Origin: Chrysomallon squamiferum
Lineage: Eukaryota > Animalia > Mollusca
Assembly (NCBI GenBank): GCA_012295275.1
Contig: CM022668.1
Location: 9,982,001-10,046,000, forward strand
Length of the DNA: 64,000 nucleotides
Direction: 5' to 3'
Under the pieces are notes generated by a model. That model was not told the origin of the DNA, ran no database searches, and saw only the letters and a program-made list of their open reading frames with translations. The position numbers and the translations under genes were made by a program. Below, piece by piece: positions 1 to 25,094 of the stretch (its first letter is position 1; every line of letters starts with the position of its first letter).

Positions 1-869
1 AAATGAATTTAAAAATAAATTCTTACATTTTCATCATTAAATTAATTGATGTGTAATTTTATTTATTCTTTTTTCTTTGACTTTGTGATTATAATGAATA
101 ACTGAATTTTGTATAATGACTAATTCATTTTTTGTTATTGTTTTTTTAATTTTAATTTTTTAATCTTTTTCTTAATGAAAAGTGAATAATTTAAATTTGG
201 ATTTTTATCTTATTTCTATTTTTAAATTACTTGATTTTAATTTTCAATATCATTTTGCTGTCATTTTATGTGATGTAACTGACAAATTTATTTGTAATTT
301 AAATGAAAAAAATATGTATAAATTAAAATTAAATTGTAAAAAATCATTGCTGTAAACATAGCTTTGTTTGAAGTTGTATTTGATTTCTGCATCTAACTTC
401 ATTGTATTATTTGTGAATATTTATGTCATGTGCATTTCCATATTTATACTTTAAATTATATACTACACTATTATTTATAATTCTTTAATTTATACTAGAC
501 ACCTCTCATTAATTATGATTGAGTTTTAATTATCTTCAGTTTACTTTTTAGTTCTATCCCTCTATTTATTCTATTTTATTTTAAGTTGCTGTTGTATTTT
601 TATTTATCACAATCCTTTCACCTTAATCAGTTACTGCATAGTTTTGTTTTTGTTTCCTTCTGGAATGAATATAGTACAGTACACATATCTTAATCATGAA
701 TTTATATAATCACCTGATCTGAAGAGGCCTATGATTCACAGAAGATAATTCTAGCAAAACTGAGCACTTAGCAAACAGGGTTGTTCAAAAACTGAGCTTG
801 TCTAAATTTGTCTAAATTTATTTTTAATAAATCAGTTTAAATACCATTCTGTAATAGGACTGCCTCTCT

Positions 870-1500
870 ACCATTCTGTATGAAGACTGCCACTTTAGTA
901 TTCTGTAGAAAGACTACCACTATTCTGATCTTTAAGAAGATGTCCTCTTTACTATTCTATAGGAAGACTGCCATTTTAGTATTCAGTAGAAGGACTACCA
1001 CTATTCTGATCTTTAGAAAACTGCCTCTTTACTACTCTCTATGATGACTGCCTCTTTATCAGACTATAGGAAGACTGCCACTTTAGTATTCAGTAGAAAG
1101 ACTACCACTATGCTGTTCTTTAAGAAGATGTCCTCTTTACTATCCTATAGGAAGACTGCCACTTTAGTATTCTGTAGAAAGACTACCACTATGCTGTTCT
1201 TTAAGAAGATGTCCTCTTTACTATTCTATAGGAAGACTGCCACTTTAGTATTCTGTAGAAAGACTACCACTATGCTGTTCTTTAAGAAGATGTCCTCTTT
1301 ACTATTCTATAGGAAGACTGCCACTTTAGTATTCTGTAGAAAGACTACCACTATTCTGATCTTTAGAAAACTACCTCTTTACTACTCTCTATGATGACTC
1401 CTTCTTTTCTGTTTTGAATCAAAATGTCTCTTTATCATTCTGTAGGAAGACTGCCATTTTACAATTCTACAAGAAGACTGCCACTTTACTATTTTATAAG
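870..1500. repeat. Minisatellite: 27-bp monomers organised as an 81-bp higher-order repeat (intronic)
   Basis: Unit TATAGGAAGACTGCCACTTTAGTATTCTGTAGAAAGACTACCACTATGCTGTTCTTTAAGAAGATGTCCTCTTTACTATTC recurs. The spurious ORF 1041-1394 repeats every 27 aa (81 bp), with three related 27-bp subunits per repeat. Confidence 0.9.
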
Positions 1501-1696
1501 AGGGTTGTTGAAAAAAAAGAAAAAAAAAATAAAAATAAAAATAACAAATAAAAAAAAACAATAAATGATAACAATAAATAAAATAAAACTAATTAAAAGT
1601 TCAGTTTTTCTCTCTGTGCTAAGAGTTCAGTACTGGCTGTGTTGAGCTGCTGAGTTTTGGCTGTTTCACTTACAAGTGTTCTTGTGTTATTTCCAG

Positions 1697-2211
1697 ACAA
1701 CCACAAACAGTCCAGATATTCGTCTTCCCCCTCCTAACTACACATCTGGACAGAAGGTAAGCTACTTAGTGTTTCTTCGTTTGATTCTCTTTTGTGTACC
1801 AGAATTGTATATTTTACCTTTCTTGTCCAAGTTACATAATGGTTTAGAAGAAAATATGTTATGTTAGTGTTTAGAATTTTATTGATACATGCATTCATTG
1901 ACAGTGATTTAATAAACAAAGTTAATTAACAAGTCTAAACAGTATGCCAGATGCTCTATAAACATTTGAAAGCACCGAATAATCCAGAGAAAGGAATACT
2001 CTATCTGTCTATCGATCTTTATTGTTACATAATAGTACAATCATTGTTTATTTATTTAGCTACACCCTGCATTGAATAATCCAAAAAAAGGAATAATCTC
2101 TCTATAATTGCTACATAACAGTGTGGAATACACAACATTCATTATTTATTTATTTAGCTACATCTGTTAGCGCTGAATAATCCAAATAAAGGCATACTTT
2201 ATGTATGTATG

Positions 2212-2262
<51 letters not shown>

Positions 2263-3304
2263 ATCTATCTATCTCTCTCTCTTTATTGTTACACAATAGT
2301 ACTGAATACACAACATTCATTATTTATGTAGCTACATCTGATAGCACTGAACAATCCAATGTCTGGTGACATGCATGGAATTCGAGGAGCGGATTACGAG
2401 TGCCATCGTCAGGCGAGGCAGGCTGGCTACAGAGGAACATACAGAGCATTCCTCTCCTCCAAGACTCAGAACCTCGACTCCATCATTTACTACAAGGAGG
2501 ATCGCAGAATTCCTGTCGTCAATGCAAAGGTAAATATGTGTTTTATCCTTGACTGTTCTAAATTACATGTAAAAATTATACAGGAAATATTTTAACAATT
2601 ATATGTTTAATTTTTAAATTACATAAAGAATATTTTAAAAATTATACACAATGAATATTTTAACAATTATATAATTCATTTTTAAATCACTTAAAGAATA
2701 TTTAAAAAATTATACAATTAATTTTTGAATTATATACAATGAATATTTTAACAATTATACAATTCATTTTAAAATTAGAGATAAGTAACATTTTAAAAAT
2801 TATTTTTTAAATTACAATAATGAATATTTTAAAATTTATACAATTCATTTTTAAATTTCACAAAATGTTTTAAAATTTTGTTGAATGATTAGTTTAAAGA
2901 TAGACAAATTTATTTTTAATTATGCATGGATGATTTTTAAGTCATGTAATCGTTTAAAAACTTCTCATGTTTGTTTTAAATTAGATATATAATTATTTTA
3001 GATGATACAGAATTATTCTTATTTGGCAAATAATTATTTGTGACTATCTATTAAATTATTTGAATTATACCAAATTATTTTTAGTTATATTATAGAGACT
3101 TTTAATTCACTTAATATTACTTTTAAATTTCACATAATTATTTTATTTTGCAATAATTCTACAGTTTCACATAATTATTTTCAGTGACAAATAATAAATT
3201 TTCAGTTCGGTTAAATGATTAATTTTATATAATACAAAACTATTTTAAATGGCATATCTTATCATTGAACATATTAATAAAAATAATAATAATAATAATA
3301 ATCA

Positions 3305-3335
<31 letters not shown>

Positions 3336-3479
3336 AAGAATTCAATAAAAAACTAGAATCACATGATATAATCAACACACTAAATGGATTTAGGCACTAA
3401 CAAATAAATATTTTGTTTTCACTGATTATGTGAATGATTCCAGGGTGAGATACTTTTCAACTCAGTATTTTGTTTTCAC

Positions 3480-3532
<53 letters not shown>

Positions 3533-4070
3533 ATGATTCCAGGGTGAGATTCTTTTCAACAACTGGGAGGACCTGGTCAGTGGCAATGGAGGCTACATCA
3601 ACAACAGATCCACTCTCTACTCTTTCAATGGCAAAGATGTTATGAGAGATGCAGCTTGGTAAGCTTGTTATTTTTAATAATTTGTACACTCCAGTGATAC
3701 TTACATTCTCATGTTTCAACATTAATATACATCATAAAGAAGTTATTGATTTCTTAAATCTAATTTTAAAATTGTTTAAAATTCACATGAAGTCATTATT
3801 CATATTTTTAATGCTGGTGTTAATTTTGTTGTTGTTATTATTAATGCTGCTAGTATTACTATTTTTGTGGATTTTGTTATTATTGTTATGGTTATTATTA
3901 TTATCATCATCATTACCATTATTATTATTATATTATCATTATCATTGTTATCATTACTATTATTGTTATTATTATTACTATTATTATTATTATTATCATC
4001 ATTATCATTATAATCATTATAATCATTTCCATTATTATTATCAATGTTATCATCTTCATCATCATCATCA

Positions 4071-4128
<58 letters not shown>

Positions 4129-4526
4129 TATTATTGTTATTATTATTACTATTACTATTATTATTATTATTACTATTGCTATTACTATTGTTATTATTAT
4201 TACTATTACTATTATTATTATTATTATTATTATTACTATTATTATTATTATTACTATTACTATTATTATTATTATTACTATTGCTATTACTATTGTTATT
4301 ATTATTACTATTTAGGCCACAGAAAATAGTATGGCATGGCTCGGACAAGAAAGGAAGGCTAATGCATGACAAATACTGTCACAAGTGGTTGTCGCGGAAA
4401 CGAAACAAGATGGGACTGGGCAGTTCGCTGATGAAACACATGCTGCTGGACACAGAGGAATACTCGTGCAGCAACGCCTTCGTGGTGTTCTGTATAGAAA
4501 ACACCAGTCGCAAGAATCTACGCTAG
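1697..4526 (+). CDS. Collagen XV/XVIII (multiplexin) C-terminal endostatin domain; last 4 exons 1697-1756, 2332-2529, 3543-3658, 4316-4526 (5' part lies outside the window)
   Basis: Spliced translation LHLIALNNPMSGDMHGIRGADYECHRQARQAGYRGTYRAFLSS...PVVNAK|GEILFNNWEDL...LYSFNGKDVMRDAAW|PQKIVWHGS...YCHKW...GLGSSL...LL...SCSNAFVVFCIEN matches endostatin. Introns are GT-AG with consistent phases. Confidence 0.95.
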
Positions 4527-4603
4527 CTGGTTACCATAACAACGTATGTCTGATGTGTGTCACTAAAACTGACTTAGCATGGTGCTCATCTCTCTGTCTT
4601 GTC

Positions 4604-4618
4604 GGCGCCCTCTGGTGG
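4604..4618 (-). promoter_or_regulatory. CTCF-like motif just downstream of the collagen stop codon
   Basis: Minus strand reads CCACCAGAGGGCGCC, matching the core CTCF consensus. It stands out in a very AT-rich background. Confidence 0.45.
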
Positions 4619-5014
4619 GATATTTTGTTTTTGTATTTGTTTTCATTTTTTTCATTTTTTCAATTTTTTTTTTTTTGTTGTTAATATTGGCTGTTTGTCT
4701 GTCTGTCAGTCTGTTGTGACAGACATGGTCCATACTACAGCAGTTGTTAAATTGTTCATGTAGGTAAGATAATAAATTGTTGTTATGTGAGAAATAGTTC
4801 TGAAATATTAAAACCATTTTTTAAATTTTTAGTAAAAAATTCTGTTATATTTTTAATCTGTGATATTTAGATAAAACATCTGAAATAAGGAAATATAGTC
4901 AATGTGGGTTTTAGTATGAAATTAAAAGGAAAAAAAACAACAATCATAAATGTTTTATATTTAAACATTTCTTAGGAAGAGTCAGTATGATGTAATATTT
5001 TCCTTTATATTTGC

Positions 5015-5049
<35 letters not shown>

Positions 5050-5299
5050 TTTGTTATTTTGGAAATTACTGAGAACATTTTTGTCTAGAAAAACATCCAC
5101 AAAAAAAAAAAAAAAAAACTAAATTTAAAAAAAAAAGAACAAAGAACAAAAACACTGCACATTATTATTTATTTATTTTGTAATAAATTTAATTACTGCT
5201 GTAGTTATATGGAAAAAAATGCTGATACGTTAAAATTATTATTTTATTATTATTATTATTGTTATTAGTTTATTATTATTATTATTTTATTATTATTAC

Positions 5300-5330
<31 letters not shown>

Positions 5331-5917
5331 TTTTATTATTATGCACATTTTGTTTTTAACAAAATATTTCAGTAGGATTATTATTTATTGCAATATTTTT
5401 GTTTTGATGTGATTCACGTTACGTGTATGTATGCTACACATGTACAGAAATAAGACTGAATTCTTGTATAAAACATTTCTGTATATATATCACAGTTAGT
5501 GAAATAAAATGTAGAAGCTACAAAAAGAACCCCACAATGATATTTGTTACAGAAATTAAACCACATGTATTAGTTAAATTACAACATAAATATGTGTATA
5601 TTAATAAAATAAATGTAGTAGATGATAATTTTGATATTTCTTCTCTTTGCATGTCTGTGTCTAAAGTATTGTTATTTTAAAGATCAAGCAAATATTATTA
5701 TTACTTTTTTTATTTTTTTTAAACTGAGGTTTATTTTTACATATCTTGAAATTTGAGCAAAAAATCTCCAAACTTGTTTAGGCTAAGTTTAATATAATTT
5801 AAATTTTTTATTTTTTTTTATTTTATTTTTTTAAATAAAGTTAGGTTATTTATAGTTTGGGAAGATGATTTTATTTGCATGAAAAACACATTTTTCTTAA
5901 TTTATTATTATTATTAC

Positions 5918-5978
<61 letters not shown>

Positions 5979-7189
5979 TATATTTTTAATTTGCAATGGC
6001 CAACTGAGACTGATTTGTTTTTGATTTAAAATTTTAATTATGTTAATTTGCAGGCAGTTTGTGTACAAGTTTTAAGTAATTTTTTTATTTTAAAAATGAT
6101 CTGATATTTTTTCTGTTTTTAATAGTTCATGAATATTCATAGGATCTGACTCATTGCTGTGTGCTTTTGAAGAACAACAAAAATATATATATATATATAT
6201 ATATATTTTTGATTTTATTTTTGATTATTTTTTCATACTGAACTAAACTAATCTATCTTTATCATGAAAAATTTGCTTTTAGAAAAAATAATAAAACAAA
6301 GAAAAAAAGAAAAAAAAAAAAAAAAAAAAGAAAGAAAAAAACAACAAAAATCCCCAGCAAGACTAGTGATTTTATCTTTGTTAAGAATGTTTTGAATTTA
6401 GAAACGTTTTGTAATAAAAACATTTAAGAAATAACTGTACTAGAAATAATCATTTAAATAAACCTCTATTTATTTTTAGCTGTACTTTTAAAAATTTTAA
6501 AATTTTTTTTTTTTAGTGAACATTAGATTTGCCTTTGTTCAATATTTGTGTGATAGATAGACAAAAAAAAGCGCATAATTTTATTATACCCACATTTTTA
6601 TATTTATATACAAAGGTGATGGAAATGGAAATGAGTGAAAAGTAAATACTATTAAATATTAAATATAAACTAATATCTTAATATATTAAATGTTATTATA
6701 TATTAAATAACCACTCCATATATGATGTATTATGGAAACTAGCTTTTTACATCAGTATACTATACAATATATTTGATGAAAAACTAAATAAAATGTAGGT
6801 TCTAGAAACTTCATAAGGTAATAACATATAATCACTATACAAATTATGGGTTTTTGAGAATTCTATAGATAATACTGTTTATTAAATATAAATACAGAAT
6901 AAACTATGATTGTTTTTTTAGGGGGTTTTGCAGGAGGGGGAATTAAAGAGATGCTCTATGTTATAAACTTTAACATATTAAAGAAATTTATTTTATGGAT
7001 GCCAAGAGTTAAGAAATGTAATAAACAAATAAAATAAGGGATTATCAAAATATTGTACTTATTAAAATATATTTAATAAAAACTAAACAGAACATCAGAT
7101 TTTAGATTCTGCATTGATAAAAAGGTGTACGATGTATAAGAAATAAATATTTAATTTTGCAATTAATTCAATATGAAGGCTGTATAATA

Positions 7190-7226
<37 letters not shown>

Positions 7227-7662
7227 GTAAGTAAATAAATTATAGGTTACATACAGTGAAACAGATGTTCTGGGATTTAGGTATAAATTAAACTCATGTA
7301 TTAAATGAAAATATTTTTAAAATATGAAGACATAACTATTGTAACAAACACAACAGCTACTATTAATTTACAGAAAAAAAGGATGAACTTATAAACATCT
7401 TCAAAAGCAAATAAAATAATTTAACAAGAACTTTTGAGAGAGGAATTTGTTTGCTTGCACACTCAGGTTTCTCCGTTTCCATCACCGAATAACAATCTTT
7501 AATATACCAAGGTGCTATTTAGCTAATCTCAGTGTAAACTTTACTAACATAATACATGTACAGGCAAAGAAAACTATCTGCCACAGAACTGTCATTTACA
7601 GTGATTATCTTCAGATCACTAAATATCTGAAAAATAAATATTTGAAATTAGAATAAAGTTTT

Positions 7663-7711
<49 letters not shown>

Positions 7712-7770
7712 GATGATGATGATGATTATTATTATTATTATTATTTTATTTTTTTAATTTTATTATTTTA

Positions 7771-7809
<39 letters not shown>

Positions 7810-7950
7810 AACTCTTCAATGATAGATAGAAATAAATTTATGATTAAAATCTCCACATTTGTCAGTAGTTTGAGATTATAAACCATCTGTGCCAAAAACT
7901 GCCATTCTGAATTACATTTCACTTCAGTAAACTTACAATTTAAATTGTTA

Positions 7951-7997
<47 letters not shown>

Positions 7998-8789
7998 TTT
8001 ATTACCATCATTATTATTATTAATTACATAATTTATTTATTTATTTAACTGTTTTAATTACTTTATTTTAATTCTTATTTTGTTGTTTATTAATTATTTG
8101 GTATTTTATTTTACTAACATAATTAAATAAAAATAATAAGGCACTTGTTTAAGATTTTAAGAAGAACAATTTATAGGGTTTTATTCATTTGCTACATACT
8201 TGAAGATATATAAATCAAGATCCTATATTCTTATCTAAAATATGTTTAATGATTAACATTTAACATTCTAGTTAACTGATATAAATGTATGTGTCTAAAA
8301 GAAAAAGTTATTAAGTAGACAGTTAGAAAATACACATATTGTTGTTATCTACCTGATATTATTAATATGTATTATTCTGGGCATAGCCTATGTGATGTGT
8401 TTTTAAAATACTTTTGAATCCAAAGCAAATAAGAAAACCACATTTCATTTATTTAGTATTTTTAATTTTGAGTGATTATGTTTTCTTTTCCACCCTTTCT
8501 TTTTCAATTTCTGTTTTAAAAAAACCCAACAAACTTGTTTTATTAGACAATTTGTTACAAGCATGAACCAAATATATATAATCAAGTTTGTGTTGTATGT
8601 ATGTGTGTTTTAGAATTTGTTTATTTTTAACCTTGATTTTTTTGTTTTAAATTTTTAAATGTGTTTTAGTTGTTATTTCTGTAAGATATTGAATTATTGC
8701 AGAATATATGTGATTTGATGTTGTTATTAAATCTAAAACTGAAGACTTGTGTGCAACAAAATGATACGTCTGAGTTTTTTTAAAAATGA

Positions 8790-9080
8790 ACCATCAGCTG
8801 AAATGGCCTTGACACTGAAATGACATCTAGAATGTTCATGAGATTAAAGAAAGATCTGGAATGTCTTTGCCATTAATGAAACATCAAAATGTCCTTGAAT
8901 TTAATGAAATGTTTAAATTCCTTAATATTAATGAAACATCAAAATGTCCTTGACTTTAATGTAATGTTTAAATTCCTTAATATTAATGAAATATCAAAAT
9001 GTCCTTGACATTGAAATGTTACCTGCATTGTCTTTTGCAATCATTAACATCTGAAACGACCTTGACATTAATACATCTTC
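8790..9080. repeat. Degenerate minisatellite (~27-28 bp monomer, ~55 bp dimer)
   Basis: ACATCAAAATGTCCTTGA(C/A)TTTAATG(A/T)AATGTTTAAATTCCTTAATATTAATGAA repeats at ~8881, ~8936 and ~8991, with decayed copies on either side. Confidence 0.7.
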
Positions 9081-10016
9081 AGAAAAACAAACATTATTCA
9101 GCCATGTTACAAAATTGTGACCCACAGTCTGATTGTATTATAACAAATCACTTTATGTACTTGTTGCTTTCAGGTCTTCAGTTAAAACTATAAAATATTA
9201 AAGAAGAGTAATTTTGATAGTTTGATACAAATTTTCTCTGATGAAATATCTTGATCTCTTCTTCCTATATGCCAGAAAGTAGAAAATAAAAAGAGAAAAA
9301 AATTAAAAATAAGATATGACTCCATGTTCAGTAAAGCTTGAGTCATTTCAGGAATTGTCATTCTTGAGTTCTATTGCTCTGTTTAAAAGTTTATGATACA
9401 ACTCAGTTACTTCAGTTGTAGCATGTCATTAGTCTATTCAGCTGTACACCTTTCGCTGTAGGTGACAAATAAAATCTTTTGTAAGATAGATATCTTTTTG
9501 CATTAGTCTACATAATTCATTCACAAAAACAGCGGAAAGATGGTGCATTTTTTAAAGGAATGAACCACTTTATTACATATGCAAAAACAGAAAAAAAAAA
9601 AAAAACATTTAGTTTTTGTACTGATCCAAGTGACCAGTTTTGAAAAATTTGCAAAATTTGTTTTATTTTTTATATTTTTTTATCAGAATCATCTCTTTTC
9701 AAGAATGTGAGATTTATTTCTGTAAAGCCAAGTCCATATGTTTTCCAAGAAATGCAAAAATATTTATTTAAGGATGGTTTGTTTTATAACAGAACTTTAG
9801 ATAAAGACTTCTCACAATTTTACATCACCTTTAAAATGTTTCTTTCCTCAATAAACTCCTACCGAACTGTGTGTGATATTTTTTCCCTGGAATAAACAGC
9901 AAGCTGGCTAAACTTTCTATTTTAAAAATTATGTATATACAAATATAACATGTTCAGTACGTATTATATGCTTTACCATATAACTAACCAAATACTTCAC
10001 TATTATTATTATTATA

Positions 10017-10054
<38 letters not shown>

Positions 10055-11463
10055 AAATTTTATTTGAGATAACTGTTAAGATGAATTTATGACTGTAGAC
10101 GTAGTTTAAACAAAAATATTATTAGTAGAATGGTTTTAGCTGTTTAGATGTATAACCCAAACATTTGCGTGTGTCTTTTCCTTGAATACCGGTACAAGAT
10201 GTTTGTTTATTGTATGTAAATAAGACAACAAAATTAAAAGGTATTCACATAAACTAGGGTATTCTTGTCAGCATAATATGATTTTTATCACTGTTGTGTG
10301 CAGAAAGCTGAAGCATGTGTGTGTTATTTTTACCGAGCTATGAACAAAGAATAATCAACTGGCATTAATTCAAAAGCGAATATGTATATATATATAATTA
10401 TATGTAAAGGTAAATGATAGTTTAAATATGTTTCTCTTATATTACATTATGACTTTTCTGGAACTAATTGTCTCCTCTGTCTCTATTTAATTATCTCTCT
10501 TTTATTGCCATTTTGTCTTTTTTTGTGTTAAGTTTTCTTTTCTTTTTTTGTTTAAAGAGCTTTTTGTCATTTGATTTTAGTAGATTTGTTTATGTAAGCC
10601 ACTGGAGCATAATTTAAATAAGTGTAATTTAATTTGAAAAAAAACAGATTAAGATAAACATTTATCTAGAGAATAGAATCTTTATGTTTCTTAAGTGAAT
10701 TTTCTTGTTGCCTTTACAGTAGAATTAGTATTAAAACTCAACTTTGGTTATTATTTTGCATAATTTAATTAAACTGTTGTAAACTTAATAAAACAGAGTA
10801 AATTTGAAATACAGTTTGATTAAAACAAGAAATGATGCACAGGTTTCAGTTGGCTGTTCACAGCATTCATTGCAAAAGACAGTATGTCTGCCATGGATGC
10901 TAGGCAGCCATATTGTTTTTTGTAATTTATAATTGGTTCTTCTGCTTTGTTGCAAGGAGAAGAACAATACATTTTATTAGAATTAACAGTAGTCAAGGAC
11001 CATTGTTCAGTATCCATGAAGAGTAATTTGATTTCAGATAATGTATTGTCTATTACAATGGTTGCTAGGAAGCCATTTTGTATTTTTACATAGATATGCT
11101 GTAACGTCATTATCGAGCCTTGTTTGTTATTCATTGTGAACATTAAACATTTTTTTAAAGTCTGACCACCATGTTTTAATTATTTTTAACCTGTGTTTAT
11201 TATTATTATTTTACTTGATGTCTTTCTGTTGTTTTGATTTTTTAATATTCATTTGCTAATTATTAATTCTTAATATATATATATATATATATATTGCTAA
11301 TGTCTTATAAAACTGCTGTTTAGTTTAGCTATGAATTATTACTGAATCAAATTAATGCGGAAATTAATCTATTGGATGATTGCCTATGGATATATTAATC
11401 TATTGGATGATTGCCTATGGATATATGAATGTGCTTATATACATGTATTTATGCGTAAAAAAA

Positions 11464-11518
<55 letters not shown>

Positions 11519-13137
11519 ACAGACAGAGTTTGGAAACATGCATATAAAGACAAACAGAACTTTATAAAAAAATACACTCATATACAAAACACATATAGAT
11601 ATACATAAAACCATGCATATATACACATTCTTTGCAGTAATTTTTTTTATCTCTTTTCTGATTGCTAATCTAATACACACCAGTTATAACTGAGTTAATC
11701 CATTAAAACAAATGTGCATTACATTTGTCAGTCTTCCTTTTTCATTTTATTTTTTCGTTTTGAGCTGTAGGCAGATTTCTCATCCTTGTATTCTTACACA
11801 TTTTTTGTTACTTCATTCAAACTTCAAAATGGGATTGACTTTATTTATACACATACCTGAACACAGACTGATGTAAGTGTATGTGTGTGTATTCTGCAGT
11901 GTCTCACATGTGTCTATGGTGAAGTACTTGCATCAGACATGACATGTTACAAGATCAGTCATTCTGGTTTATCAAATCTTTTACTGATGAAATAATAAAA
12001 CAATAAATAAAATAAATAAAATAAAATAAAAAATATATAAAAAATAAGAATACTAATAAAAATTATAATAATAAAAAAATAAATAATACACAGGTTTCAG
12101 TTGGCTGTTCACAGCATTCATTGCAAAAGACAGTATGTCTTTATATAATAATAAAAAAGAGCATCAACAACAACATATAACCAATAATAAAAATAATAAC
12201 ATCAGTTTCTGAAAATGTCTTGAACAATATGTATGTATGTGTATCTGAGTTTAACTGACTATTTCTGAGTGTGTGTCTGTGTGTGTCTTAGTGATATGTT
12301 TGTGTTTGCGTGTATATATGTATGCTGAGTGCGTGTGTGTGCATGTGTGTGTGTGCAATCGTATTCATATTAAAAGTACATGTAGCAGTAATATTAATAG
12401 GAGCATTTGTAGTAAAACTACAAGTAGCAGTTGTAGTAGTAGTAGTAATAGCAATATAGTTGTAGTAACACTAGTAGTTACAGAAGTAATAATAGTAGCA
12501 GTAGTAGTATTTGTAGTAGTAGTATAATTATTAATAGTAGTAATAGCAGTAGCAGTAGCAGCAGTAGTAATAGTAATAATAGAAGTAATAACTAGTAGAA
12601 GTATTAACAGTAGTAGTTGTAGTATTAATAGTAGTAGTGTGGTAGTATTAATAATAATAGTAGCAGCAGTGGTAAAGACTGTCTCAGTGAAAGAGAACTG
12701 TGAGGGAGGTATATTAAGATTTTTCTTCAGTTTATGTTTAGTAACAATTGTTTATGTAATTGCTGATAAGAAAGATGCCTGAAGCTCTGATTTCCATGTT
12801 AAAACTGTGTAGTTTAATGTAGATTAAAAATATGTGATTCTGTCAGTGAAATTATTTCTCTCTGGTTTAGTTTGTTAGGTAAATTTGACTGAAGCTATTT
12901 ATAAATAATTAGAAAAAAAGATAATTAGTATATAGAGATAGTACTAGTAGTAGTAGTATTAGTAGTGGCAGTACTAGTAGCAGTAGAAATAGTAATAGTT
13001 TTAGTGGCAGTATTAGTAGTAATAGTAATACTTAAAGTAGCAGTAGTAGTAGTATTTGTGGTATGTGTGTGTTTATATGTGTATGTATGTATATATGTAT
13101 GAATATATATATATAGGTGTATGTATATATCTGTATG

Positions 13138-13172
<35 letters not shown>

Positions 13173-13583
13173 ATATATGTATGAATGTATATATGTATGT
13201 AAATATGTATCAGTATATGAATGTATGAATGAATATTTATGAATGTATATATGTATTATGTATGTACAAGTGTATGTATTAAACAGATGTACAGACGCAC
13301 ATACTTGGCTACTTGGCTTAAGTTGCATGACAAAATGATCAAAAAACAAATATTACATTTCAACAGCCTAAGTGGATCATCATTTTAATACAACTGTAAG
13401 AAATGAATCAAACAAATAGCTGTCAGCACTGATGAAATCAGAGTGTTTAAAAATGAGTTTCTCTCACGTAAACTGGGACTAGGGGCATCTTACTTAAAGA
13501 CAAACTGTTCAGTTTGTTTAACCTGCAGTCACAAAAGTCCCAGAGTCTGAGGCTGTTACAGAATGGAGAAGAGGAGAGAGATC

Positions 13584-23772
<10,189 letters not shown>

Positions 23773-24508
23773 ATCAACAACACGTTACATTAATAAAATA
23801 AAATAAAAATCAACATCTTGTTACACGTCTTGTCTCCTTTCGTCTCTCTCTGCTTCTGTCTCTTTCTTTTTCTCAGTGTCCCTCATTCACTCATGCTTTC
23901 TCTTTTTTTCTGTCCATCAGGTGTCTACCATCTTTCATATTTGTCATTATTCTCACAGTGGCAACCGTTCCAGTGAGGGGAGGGGTGAAGTAAAGAGAAC
24001 AATAAATAAAAAGATAATACTTATGATGACAGAGATAATCATAACAATAACAACAAGAACAACAGCAACGATAATAATAATAATAATAAAATAATAAAAA
24101 TAATGCTTATTGATGATGATGATAATAATAATATGATATACCTAGATTAATTTACTTAATATAATTATTATATAAAGTTATAATCAGAATTATTATTTAT
24201 TAAAATAATAAAAAGACTTTTAAGGCAAGCGAGAGATTTAGTTTTACATTTATTTCCCTTACGCAATTTTTAAAATTATAAAGTCAACTAACGTTTTACT
24301 AGCATAAAATGTTCAACTTTTTATAGTTTATACTTCAATAATAATAAACATTTAAAATGGTCTACGGAAAATAATTCATCTTTTAATACTAGCAACACAT
24401 TAATACAGCTTTTATTCTCTTAAAATGTCTTACCGATTCTACTTAATTCTTCTTTTTTTATCTGAATGTTTTGCCTTCGTCATAAAATTTAATTCAACAA
24501 CAAATTTA

Positions 24509-24569
24509 TGACGTCAAGCAGAAAAGTAAGCAGTAACGGAGAAAAAAAAAAGAAGACTGAATGACGTCA
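24509..24569. promoter_or_regulatory. Two perfect CRE/ATF palindromes upstream of the NERD-like gene
   Basis: TGACGTCA at 24509-24516 and 24562-24569. A candidate donor follows at ~24668 (AA|GTAAGA) and an acceptor at 25077 just before the ATG. Confidence 0.4.
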
Positions 24570-25094
24570 TCTATGTCTGGAGACCTGTTATTGTAATGAA
24601 AACATTTATCATAACAAATAGAAAAATAATTTAAATCGGATTTTGTGTTTATAAGACAGACGAACAAGTAAGAAATGTTAGTTATTTACGTTCATTCATA
24701 ATTGTTATTTTTTTTTTTTTTTTTTTTTTTAAAGCGAAGCGTTATGAATTAAGTAACAAAGGCCGAATACTCATTTGAAAATTTTACCAATTTTCCTTAA
24801 ATTAATCATTAAACTTTTTCCATGCTAGTTTCAATGTATTATCTGCAAGACTATGCTTTAGTGTCTGAAACGCACAGAACACACGCACGAAAAATATACG
24901 TGAACATGTACGTGTATTTTAATTTATTACTCGTCTTGTTGAACGCACAGACTATTTAAAACTGAAATGTTATCATCTACAATTATTGTATGCTAATATC
25001 TACTACTGTTGCATAACAAAGTCTTTGCTGGATCAAATACTATTTAACTATGCAGGTAAAATTATATTTATTTTCAGACGACATCTGTTAAAGA

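Noticed and set aside
870-1500. Regularly spaced repeats as a CRISPR-like array, or the 117-aa ORF as a protein
   Set aside because: Units are contiguous with no unique spacers, in a eukaryotic intron. The ORF exists only because the unit length is a multiple of 3.
3649-4372. Poly-Y, poly-N and poly-L ORFs here, and similar ones at 13.9, 36, 51 and 59 kb
   Set aside because: Microsatellite translations. Only 4316-4526 is real coding sequence.
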